From: Amoebophrya sp. A120
Taxonomy: Eukaryota > Protista > Dinoflagellata
Length of the DNA: 64,000 bases
Reading direction: 5' to 3'
Assembly (NCBI GenBank): GCA_905178155.1
Contig: CAJINV010000004.1
Coordinates: 4,195,555 to 4,259,554 of the forward strand
How positions within the stretch are numbered: position 1 is the first letter of the stretch; each line of letters starts with the position of its first letter. The notes under the pieces are model-generated. The model was not told the DNA's origin and made no database searches. It saw only the letters and a list, made by a program, of their open reading frames with translations. A program made the translations under genes and the position numbers. Shown piece after piece: positions 25,558 through 37,172 of the stretch.

Positions 25558-28119
25558 ATGTCAGAAATTGACCTAAGTGAGTACTACAGGGTCTGCGAAG
25601 CGGACCCGACACAGATGACGCCTGCATGGCTCTTCAGCGTTCTGGAGAAGGTGCATTTTCCACCTGAGAAGGACTGCAACACCCGGAAAGCCACGCCGGC
25701 CGGACAGTACTTCACACTGGGGTGCGTGCCGGTCTACAATAACGGCGCCGCAGCCGTGTCGAAGGAGACGCGCAGCCGCACGATGTTGACGTGCATTCTG
25801 ACGGCGTACGGGCGACGTATGTTGGGCGAAGCGGTCGATTTCAGCTCCGTCCAGGTCAACAAGGACGCGCCGGCGGCCCTGCACGTTGACGGGCGTAACG
25901 AATCTCCTGTGCGCGCCGTCGCCCTGGTCGACGAATCGCAATGGGGCACCAACGAGGAGTCTCCGGAAGGGAACACTTGGGTTGCGGATGACCAACACGG
26001 GGCGGACTTGTATTGTGGTCCGCTTCAAACCGGAGGTGAACGTGAACAACTACCCGCGCGGCCGCAGAATATTAAAGCGGGCATGATGGCGGCATTTCCC
26101 GGACGCGTCATTGATTTGAAGAACAAACTTGGCGTTTTTGATGGCTCCAAGATGCACACGACGATTCCGTACGGTTGTAGCCACTACATTCGGCGGCTCG
26201 GGGGCCCGAACGGATTCACAAAGCCGTCGTTGGCAGATCGTGGTGTGAAAATCGTTGATGAAGTGAAAAATATTTCCGATAAGCCGGACACTGTTAGTCC
26301 TAGTACAAACAGCAGTGCGAAAAAGAAATCGAAAAGAGAAGCATCTCGTCCTCACGCGCCTCGACGGTATTTTCTGTCGTTTTACACCCACACGAGCGTG
26401 CGGAAACTTAGCGAGGCGGACCGGGACGAGCTCGCGAAACTGGGATTCCGACTGCCGAGTAGGCAAGAGGCAGGGACGATGAAAATAAATCAAGAGGGTA
26501 GAAGTGATACAGGAACATTATCGATCGATGGTGATCGTGGAACAAAGGACCACCGTTCGGCCCGCGACGATCATGATGCCCTCGCGACTGGAGACGAAAC
26601 TTCCAGCCAGACAGGCTCCACCGCGGGTGAGGCTGCGGCACAGGAGGAGGAAGAAGACTATTCCGGCGAAATTTTGATTGCCCAAATTCGGCAGCGTATC
26701 GCAACAGATCTAGAGATGGCAGAAGTCGAAGTGGTATCGTCCCCTCCTGCTAGTTATTCCCAATCCTCATCTTCTAGTAGTGGCGCGGCGAAAAGGCGTC
26801 GGAAAGCTGACGGTGCAGCTTTTTCTGACACTGAAGCTGTTGGTGAAGATGAGCTAATATCAGAAGCTTCCGTAGCGGTGCCAGGCCGGTTCGAGTTTGT
26901 CGACGAGGAAGGTGTGTCCGAGGAAGGCACCAGAACGAGTCAAAGTGTCCTTGATGAAGTAACGATGCCGGCGATCTCATCTTCGCGGAAGCGCAAGAAT
27001 GAAAAAGAGCACGTTGATATTTTGCCGCCCTCGCTTCGCTGCCCGAGGCCGACAAAGCACTGTATCTGCGGCGTGGCCATTTCCGGAAAGGGGTCCATTG
27101 CTGGTTCCTTGGTTGCAGCTTGTTTTGTGATACCTCCAGGTCGTGCAGAAAAAGACGACACTTGGGGCACGGGCGTGGTCAACCCTCTCAGCCTTCCGAA
27201 GAAAAAACGGGAAGCGGTATTCAAGAAGCTAACAGGCCCTGGAAGCAGCACCGGCATCGGTAGGATCCGCGTTGCGGAGCTGGATACGAAGTTTGGTGGA
27301 GCGAACGATCAGGCTGTGCAGGCGGCCGTAAAGAAATGCGTCGAGGACGTGGAGCGCACACGTGGGCTTCGGATCACCAAGGTACTTACTTACACAACTA
27401 CATGACGAGCACTTCGATTAATATGGTGGCCTTTTCATCATGTCCAGTTGCCAGCAGGACGCCGTCGTCCGGAGGTCGGGTTATTGATATGTCTAAACAA
27501 AAGCAATCGGTTCGCCTCCGGGCTAATTGAAGGAACAAGATGAATAAAAATAGCGCTGCATGATCATGCAAAAAACTCTGCTGACTTACAGGTACTAATA
27601 GCCAATCCGGACCACTATGTTCCTGACTCGCTCCGGACCCGCAAAGACTTACGGGTCGAAAGGGGATGTCACAATGAGGACTTCGTAGTGGCTGCCGCGA
27701 AGTTTTTGTCAAAGGTGACTCATGACGAGGAGTTCAAGAAAATGGCAACGGACTTTCCCGCGTATCAGTTTGCTAAAAACAATGGCTATGTTTCATCGAA
27801 GGCGCATCAAGACGCCCTCTCAGAGCTCGGGCCGTGCTTGTATCATCGCAAATGCACCAGACCTGTGCAAAACGCCATGATCGCGAGGGATGCTGGACGA
27901 AAAGAAAAAACATCCGAAAAAGATACTGGGACTAAGCAGGCAGCGAAGCCGCCGCCTGGCGGAAAGGAGAAAAAAAATCACGTCCTTGTTGCTAAAAAAG
28001 CGAAGCTGGTTACTTCGGCCAGCAAAGGATTCAGCGCTGCGATAGGTGCTGCGAAGATGTTGAAGTCCACCGCGCATAAAAATGTGCCAGTGGCGAATGC
28101 TTATGGGGGGACAAACTAG
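25558..28119 (+). CDS. Fusion: TET/JBP-like 2OG-Fe(II) dioxygenase domain + acidic linker + inactive RNase HII-like domain (exons 25558-27381, 27592-28119)
   Basis: FSSVQVN...LHVDGRN (HxDxxN), FDGSKMHTT, RYFLSFYTH; RNase HII-like CGVAISGKGSIAGSLVAA, KKREAVF, VAAAKFLSKVTHD, FPAYQFAKNNGY, HQDALSELGPCLYHRK. Confidence 0.75.
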
Positions 28120-30602
28120 GGGCGACGAACTGAGAACGGCCTTTTTTCGAGGCTTAGATATAGCGGGTTTTTGGCGAATTGCCCACTTTCGGGGAAGCTC
28201 AGGCGAGGCCCCCAGCGTCTAGTTTTTGCGCAATAGCAGCGGCCTAATGCGCCGAATTCTCTACCTGAAGTTCGCGCCTGCACCACTTGCATTGTTTCGA
28301 AAACGGCGCGGCGCTCGCGCTAGAAATACCTTCTATAGAATATCCGCGCCCATTCCGCCCTAAATATTGAATATCCAGCGCGGTATCCTATATCCACGCC
28401 GTCCCGTCGTGGATATACACCGGGGGGGCGTAATATTTTATAAAATGACTTCCGCCGATTTGGCTCCGGAAATGGTTGCCATGGACACAGAAAGTAAATC
28501 CGTGCGCGTGCATTTGGGCGCGCTGGCGAACCAAAAAAATCAAGCAACCCAAGAAATCGAGCCTATATCTAGACGCAAAAAAAAGGCCATTCTCAGTTCG
28601 TTTCCGAATTTTGTCCCCCCATACGAATGCTATCGCGATGAAGAAGAGCACCATCAAGGTGGTGAAGAAGTAGTGTACTCTCGTCTGCAAACTCCACGCA
28701 CCAGCGCGAGGCATTGTAAACACCAAGAATCGTGACAACTACATAGGTCCTTACATATTCCACACTAATTATTTTTCGACAGTTTTCCTTGGCCTGAAGC
28801 TGATTCATTGACGCATGCGACATCCACGTAAAACGAGCTCTGAAGACAACGCACGACTTCTCAGTGTTTGATGGGCGGTTCAAGTACTTAAGTAGGTTCC
28901 GAGAAGGATTTAATAGAACTCGTCTGTGTTCCATCGTTGAAAGGAGATACAATACTTAGTTTCTGCACTGGTCGTTCTTGTTGACCGAGTTCCTGAGCCT
29001 ACTAGCTGCGTTTTTTTCACTACTCCGAGCGCGAGCACGGCCGGGCCCGAGCGAGAATATTCCAAAGGATGCCTGTCTCCGATGTTAAGGGGTGTACGAC
29101 CTGTTCGAGGGATAAAGATATGAGGTGGCAGATTTTTGAGAGGACTGCGGTTGCAGTCGTATGTTCTGGTAAGAGGTGAAGATACGACAGGAGAGAAGAA
29201 AATAATAAGGAGCAACAAGAATTACTGGTGCTCGCGTAGAAGGTCCAATCCAAATCAAAGCGCACTCAATATGGCAAACAACTTCGACTCTGCAACCACT
29301 TTTCGCTCCCGTACCTACTGGGTTGTAGCTTCACGGTAGAGCCGCGAGATAGAGGCCCACTGAGATTTACGAACAAGATGGCGTGGCGCTGATGTTGCGC
29401 AGCAGCCCTTCGACGAAATATTTGGAGTGTGTCGCAGTTGGGTTTTGCGAGGCCGAGGAGATTCAAGGTGGCGGGGTTCCGTGTGTGTTTTGCTTGGCCA
29501 AGGGGCTGCGCGCGCGTTGATGAAAAGGGGCGCGCGCACCAGGACACGAGTCAGCGGGCCGGCCTGTGGCGCCGAATGCAGTCAGGCTGCCCTGCTAGTT
29601 CAGCAGACCTTCACCGCGCAGCATTCAATCGCCAAACAAGGAAGTGCAGGACCGGCCGCCTGCGCTCCAAAAACACGCAACCCGTTGCCCGCGCCAAATC
29701 GCTACCGCTAGCGCCCCGCGGCAGTCGCCTGGCCGTAATCTGCCCCCTTTAACCGGGCGGACCGCCCGAATTTCTCCGCCCCTGTGCGCAGCAGTATGCC
29801 GCCGGGCCGCGCCTACCCTTCGTTCTGGGGGGGAAAACAGGCGGGCGGTGGGCACAAAGCCGCCGCCGCCCGGCCCAGCCAACCTCGCACCTTCGCGCCG
29901 CCCTTGCTGAGCAAGGCGGCAACGGAGGAAAGCGCTGGGCGTGTTGTTGTGGCCGCGCGCCATGCGGTCACCCACCCAGCCAAGCGCGTGGGGCCTTTCT
30001 TTCGTTGGCCGCCTGCTCAGTTGGTTCGCTCGCTTTTTGCTGTTGCCCAGGGCGGACAAAGCCGCCCGCCCGGGTTTGGCGCCCGCCGGCCCCCTTTCCT
30101 GACGAGACGGGTGTTTTACCCGCCGAAAATGCGAAGGGGCTGGCCGCTGGCAGCGTGGGGGTGGGACGGGAGCTGTTTTCCCGAACCGGCTCTGTGTCGC
30201 AGGGGCGGAGCTGTCTCTGCCTGCTTTGCATTTGCAAACTGTTGTGGTGCGTGCCGCACTTTGTTCAAATGGATGCCGGCTGAGGAGTGTCTGGGCCACC
30301 AGAGTGTTTAGCCTAGAGAGGGCGCGCCGCGTACGTAAGCATGGTTTCGGATGAGTTGCAGTTCCTAGCATCAAATCTAGAAACAAAAGATAGCGCCGGT
30401 GACCGTGGTTCCGGTTCGCGATCGATGAGAGGCGAAGTTGAATGTTGAGGATGAGCTGTTCTGCGTAGTTCGCGCCGGATCATATCCCTCTCCAACCAGC
30501 GATCATGAAGTTAAAGACCGAGGAGTCTACTTCTAGACAAAAAGTAGGGGATCTCACGTTCATCATCCGACTGCAATAACGAAGATATCAGAATCGACGA
30601 AG

Positions 30603-33113
30603 ATGCCCAATAAGACCCTTCACTCCGCGACTTCCCTGTTGCGGCGGCAGGAAAAGCTCTCCAAGCTCGACGTGGACGAAGACGCCGCGGCGCAGGAGCT
30701 TGCCAGGGAACTCAATCGCTTGCTGGACCAACGCCGCGAACGGGAGGAGACAACAACCCTTCGAAACAGTGACGAAACCGATAATGCAGCAAGACGAGGA
30801 ACTACCGATGGTAGCACTAGCAGTAGCACCTCCGGCGCAAAGCTGGATTATGGCGATGGAACCGAAAAAACGGCCAGTGGTGCTGCAGTTTCATCGTCAA
30901 ATAGACACGTCGACACACGCACAAGCGAGGTGGACGACGACACGCGACAAAACGAGGCAAAGGATTATGGGGGCGGACGAGGTCTAGGCGGTCCTCGGGG
31001 GGTTCTTGCGAGCTCCACCGTTGATGATCCAAGTCTTCTAGCGTCTGGCGACCCGGAATTGATTGCGCTCGAGCGAGTATGGAAATGATGCATTGTAGCA
31101 TTTCGAATCACTTTATTTTGCAGCAACTCAATGTGCAACTTCTTAGCAGATCATCGTATAGCAGCGAACAAGAGTACACTTGTGTATGTTGGGCTTCATG
31201 TTGTTGTTGCGCGATCTGCGCCATTACGTGTGTATGTAGTGGGAATCTGGGTTATAAAATAGAGTGTGCGTGACGCACCACCGATGCTAGAACATAAGCT
31301 TTCTGTGACAGAAAAAGTGACGGGATATTTTCGCTCCACGAACCGAATTGCAGTCCCAGATGCAGAAGTTCTGCCCAGCACTTGTCGGTACTAACCTGGA
31401 CGTTTTTATTTTGGTTTTGTTTTCGGGCTCCTGCGTCTGTTCTTTACGACCGAAACCGATAATCAAACTGCACAAAGCTTACACTGAAAAAAAAAGAAAA
31501 AAACATCTGAATGCACAACCATATTTATCAGGCCGCGCCGGTCCAGCTCCAGCAGCCAGTGACACCGAGTTAGACGGAGACAAATCTGGGTCCCAACAAG
31601 GCGCAGCATTGTCCTCTGCTTCTCTGTCAAATTCCGCACAGAAAGACAAGAATCTGCATGGTGTGGACTTCGAGCACGATGAAACCGAGCAGAGTCTGCA
31701 GATAAACGTCAACGCTCCGTCAAACAGTTGGCGCACAACATCGTCTTCACAGGACAAGACCCCTAGTAAGACTCTGCGTGCATCGTTATCGAATACGGCG
31801 ACCTCCCTCCGGGACAGTACCACCTCGATCGGCGGGCTAACAGGCCGAACTCATCAAGACCACCACACTTCCACCGGTGGAATAAAGACCCCCTCCAGTC
31901 GAAGCAACAGCCGAGAGCCTGGGTCTGCGAGAGGGAATATTAAACACCCGCAGCTTTCAGCTCGCGGTGGAAGGGAAGGAGGTGGCGCTGCAATTCCCCA
32001 ACATTACGGAACGCCCACTTCCAGCAGCCGGTCTGCAACATCTTCCCGTCGCAAATCTGACCAAGAACTACATCAAGACGCGACCATTGCTGCGTTGTAC
32101 CGAAACACGCGCAACGTGGAAGACTTGCTCCGGCAGACCGACACGGCCTTCCAGCAGCTCCCGAAAATCGAAGCGGACGCTGTCGCGCTGGAGGTGGATG
32201 AGTTGGCGGGTTTGAATATGCATTGCAAAAGTATCGTACTCGTACTGATCGCATTCATGCATTACAAATTTCTTTCTTAAGTTAAATCCGCATTACAAAT
32301 TTCATTTCTCATGCTGTCTGAGGATATTAATTTGTCATGCGATTTGGATTTTATACTAGTACGATGCTTTCGCATTTCATATTGAAGTTGGAGATGCAGT
32401 TTCTCGAGTCCGCGTTGAACGAAAGGGACGGCGGGGGGACAACCACAGCCGAAGAAGAGGAGGAGAAGGCGAATAAAAGGGACGAAGATCATCGTGGTCT
32501 AGACAAGCGAGGGGATTCGTCCACCTCCCAGGGACAGGGTGCAGCAGTACTGGGCGGAGGAGCTTCTACATCAACCACTATAGGAGCTGCCCATAGTTAC
32601 AACTACGTGGAGGATGCGGCGACGCAGCTTCTGCAGGACGAACTGGCGTTGCTGGAAAAGGAATGGGCGGTGCTGAAAAAACGCGAGCACGCACTCTGCG
32701 CTGTTGCGGAACTCGAACTCCCGTCGAGTGAATCTCCTGCAGCTGTGAGTGGAGACGTTGATCATGTGAAAAAAGCTGCAAGTAGTGTTGGCGGACGAGA
32801 TTTTCTGTCGCGGACCTCGAAGGACGAGGAAGTAGAGTCGACTCATCAACAACAAACTGCCAGCGCGGCACGGGCCACGACACTGCGACGGCAGAATGAA
32901 ATGCTTAAGGCAAAGTTCGGCATCACCGGTCTGGTATCAAAGCAGCCGGGAAATTATAGCAGCTCGTCAACATCTACTGATCCTTCCAAGGACGGAGCTG
33001 CAGGCGAAGTAGATTTTGCGTCGTCGAGTGACCACGGGCACCGTATCAGTAGAACTGGTCCCTTACGTCGATTAGACGAGGATTTGGCGCGCTTGGATCG
33101 GGTTCTTGAATGA
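30603..33113 (+). CDS. Hypothetical low-complexity/coiled-coil protein; junction between 31076 and ~31532 unresolved
   Basis: ORFs 30603, 31348 and 32337; the last two join in frame when the introner is removed (GLKLEMQFLE). Confidence 0.6.
32217..32381. mobile_element. Introner family A
   Basis: Family A TIRs; TSD ttgaa. Confidence 0.9.
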
Positions 33114-33661
33114 GATCAGTGTTGAGCAATTTCCTGAGACTCCCCTTGTTGTGCGGAAGTACTTCATTCTCGTCTGCACGCAACTTGTATACCATCTGAC
33201 GTCTTCGTTCCTCTTTGGGGGTTTGGGGGTGAGAGTGTCAGTCAATGACTAGGAGGCCATGAATGGTGCGCGTGTTCTGGAGCGCTAAAAATGAGAGACG
33301 AATTGAGCTGCATGTTGAGCACGCAGTTAAACCCATACCGAGAATGAGGACAGAGCCAGCAACTTTTAATCAAATGCAGCTCCCGCAAATCGACGAGAAT
33401 TTGGACTAGCAGAAGCTGAAAAAGCAAATTAAGGGCTGTGAGTGTCGAGCGCAGCTCGCAGCAGCTGGTCCGCCGCAAGACTTGAAACGATTATCAGAAA
33501 TGAAAGTTCGAGAGCCCCATGTCACACTACAAAAAATATTCGCATCTGTAGCAAGCATTGCATCGGCCAAACATGAGCTACGGGGGCAGGGACGCGTTTG
33601 AAAATACTAAACGCCCTCCACGACACGCACATGAATTCTGTGCTGTTATGAAAAACAAACT

Positions 33662-36224
33662 ATGACCGAAACGACCGGCAGTGTGACGGAGCTACGGCGA
33701 AGCCAGCACTTCCGCTACACGGACCGCAGTCGCGTGTTGTCCAGCCGAAATCAATCTCCGGAACAAGAGGGTCGTGCAGTGCGAGTTTCACAACGAAAGT
33801 CTCGCTTTACGACAAGAATAAGAATAGCAGCGATGGCGAGTGAGACTGTGGAGATGATGGCGTCGATCCTGCGAGGTGGAACTGAAGATGACGAGCCGAT
33901 GAAAACGAGGCGGATGAAGAATGACAACTTCTCTCATCTCTTTCCAGAGCAGCTGAGGGCGCTTTTCCAAAAACCAGGACAGCTCAGCACTCACTGCAGC
34001 GCCCTGACTCCTGGAGATGAGAGTTTTTGGAAAATTCTAGACCGAAGCTGTAGTTTTAAGACGACGCAAAAGACCTCGCGCGCCAGCAGCACGACCAGCA
34101 CACCCGGTAAAGCGGCGTCCTTTTTCCTCGCCATCCTGCTTTTTGTCGAGCTCCTCACGACCCTGCTTCACCAGGCCGCCGCACTGAAAGTAACCGCGAA
34201 GGTCGGTCGGAAGGTGTACGACGAGGCAGCGATGGCGCGGCGGATGCTGGAGGAGCGAGTTCAATTAGTCTACGGCTCCCTGTCCGTGGGCGATCCGCCC
34301 CAGAAGTTCACCGTCGCCTTTGACACGGGGTCGTCGGAGCTGGTGTTACCCTGCTCATCCTGTACAACCGGCAGCTGCATTTCGCACACGCGGTATGATT
34401 TACTGCAATCCGCGACCGGCAGCCAGATTTTCACCACCAACGTCGCCGGGAAACAGGTAGCAGAAACGGAAACGCGGATTTTCGGCATGCAGGGTGTGGC
34501 CAAAGCCAACCCGATGCGGGACAAGATCTGTATTGGCAACCCCCCACCGGCAGACGAAACCACCGCCTCCAGCGCCGACGCCGCTGCCCCGTCTTCGCTC
34601 TGTCTGCCGGAAGCCGCGCCGTTTCTGTGCGCCAACTCCTTGTCGGAAAACTTGTTCGGCCAGCTGCCGTACGACGGGGTCCTCGGGCTGGGACTGTCGG
34701 GGGCGAAAAAATCCAAGTACGACCTGTTCCAAGGGTTGATAGACGCCGGCATGCTAAAAACGGACCGGTTTGCGCTGTGGTACAGCGATTTGACGGACGA
34801 AGGGGCGGCGAACACGATCACCTTCGGAGAGCACGACAGAACCAAAATGGCCAGCAAGATGTACTGGGTAAGACAAGTGATTATATTCAGAAAGCTCTTC
34901 AACAACTGAGTTTATGATCTTGATGATAGCACTTCTTGTTCAACATCACCCACGATCAGAACTCAACTAGGGCACAACTTTCATTCCTTGACATTCCTAC
35001 GGCTACATCATTTCAAGTATTAAACGCAGCTTCCCGTTCCCTACCCCGCGACCTCCTGGGCTATGCCGATGACGGATGTGGTGGTGGGCCGCTTCATCAC
35101 GGCCGTTCCGGCTGCGTCCGCAGACGACGGTTCCGCCGATAGTGCCGCCAGCACCGGCGCGCCGGGAGGTGCGGAAGCGGCAGCAGGAGGTACAAGTGCG
35201 ACCGCGGATGGCGCGAACGCCGACGCCGAGGACAATTCCGGCAAAAGTTTCATGTCGGAACCGCTGCGGCTGTGCGAAGCGCCGCAGACCTGCAAGGTGG
35301 CGTTTGATAGCGCGAGCCCGCTGATCGTGCTCTCGCAGCTATGCATTGCAAAAGTATCGTACTAGTAGGAATTGCATTACAAATTTCCTCAGCATGAGAA
35401 ATAAAATTTGTGATGCGGATTTAGCGTGAAAAAGAAATTTGTAATGCATGAGTGGGATTAATACTACGAGTGCGATACTTTTGCAATGCATAGCAGCCGA
35501 TCTACGACAAGGTGAAGGAGTCCATCGCCGTGGGGTTTCCACAACAACCCTATCCTGTGCAAAAGTATCGTACTCGTATTGCAATCATGCATTACAAATC
35601 ATTCGGTTTTAGGTAAATCCGCATTACAAATTTTATCCCTCATGCTGAGGAAATTTTTCGTAAATGCATTTACACGAGTGCGATACTTTTGCAATGCATA
35701 AACCCGTGACCGACACGAAACTGGCGGACTGCCAGCCGCTGCTGATGAAGATGCCGAAGATCGGGATTCAGCTACGAGGGATAACATTCTTCCTCGATGC
35801 CGAGGACTACGTGGACCGCAGCAACGGGATGTGTGTGTACCGCTTCCAGCCCATGGAGAGCGACGAAAACCTGATTTACCTCGGCGCGCCCTGGTTCGAG
35901 AAGTTTTACACGGTGTTCGACCGAAGCTCCCTAAAAATCGGCCTGGCGCTGAGCAAGCACGTAGGTGTTCGGGGGGCGGAGTACAGTGGAAGCACCGGGG
36001 TGCCGGAGGACGCCATTGAGGATTTGGAGAAAGTTACGACGACAACGAGTACGACGACGGATAGTGGTGGCAGTGTTTCATCAGATGTTGGAGCAAATGC
36101 CGCCGCTGACACTACAACCAGTGTGGACAGTGCGTCAAGTGGTACTTCTGCTGATGTTGGAACAACAGCAGCTGCTGCGCCAGCAACCTCCGCACAGGCA
36201 ACCGCCGCGTCGGTGACAAGGTGA
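33662..36224 (+). CDS. Pepsin-like (A1) aspartic protease with hydrophobic signal/anchor; start uncertain
   Basis: YGSLSVGDPPQKFTVAFDTGSSELVLP, YDGVLGLG, second motif VAFDSASPL, YLGAPWFEKFYTVFDR; GT-AG intron 34868-35029 and 2 introners. Confidence 0.9.
35340..35492. mobile_element. Introner family A
   Basis: TSD gcagc. Confidence 0.9.
35551..35700. mobile_element. Introner family A (opposite orientation to 35340)
   Basis: TSD aaccc. Confidence 0.9.
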
Positions 36225-37172
36225 GGGAAATCAGGAAAGGGCTTGCAGCTCCGCAGAAGTAGGGAAGATAGATGCGTTATGTGCATCATGATTTCGTTTC
36301 ATCTGAACAATGTCCATATCGTGTGAAAGATGTAGGTCGATGAGTGTTTCGACAGATAGACAGTTTGGGTTTACTTTTTTTCTACAGGAGAATGGCTCTG
36401 ATTCGTCGAATGATACCTGCTGAGACGAAATAAACCTGCAACGGTCATATTTACGTCCGTCCAGGACGAGGACGTCGACCAGCTGCACAAAATAACGGAG
36501 CGGGTGCGGGTAGTTGTTCTTTATGGATGCACAAGCAAAAAGGAATTGCTCATGGATGTAGTTTGCCTTGTCATGATAAGCAGTTGGCTCGGGATGTTGG
36601 ATAAATCGGTTCTTCTTGTGCCACAAGTATGAAAAAGGAAAACGGATGAGAGCTGCATAGCTTTTTACACCCAAAATTTCACATGCTGTCGGGTCGTCTT
36701 CACCACAAAAAAGCGAAAGTCCAATGCAATGTTATAAAAGGTTAGTCTGTCGTATGGACCAGTATCTCTTCAATCGTCGGTTTAATCGATCGGTGGGTTT
36801 CTAATTCGGTGTTGTCATAATTCAACTGATGAGGAGGTCGTAGTTTTGTTTCGGGGTGAATGGTGCGCTGGGGTTCATCGTCAAAAGCAAAATGCGCCTA
36901 CGTCACGTGTTAGAAATGTTGGTGAAGGGGTAGAACGCGCTTTTATCATACTTATTTGTAACTACTAAACTCAACAGCTGTGTTTTTCTGTTTGCTCTTT
37001 AAGCGAGATACAGTGGGAATACTAAAAGTTGCTACGATAAATTCACTTTTTCATTTCTAATCGGAAATTTGAATTTAGTTGTTGCGGCCCCGTCGCGAGC
37101 CGTAGGAGAACGTTTATTTCACGTTGAAAGTAGTACAGAGGAAGATTCGCAAGGAAAGACATCAGTAGCAAA

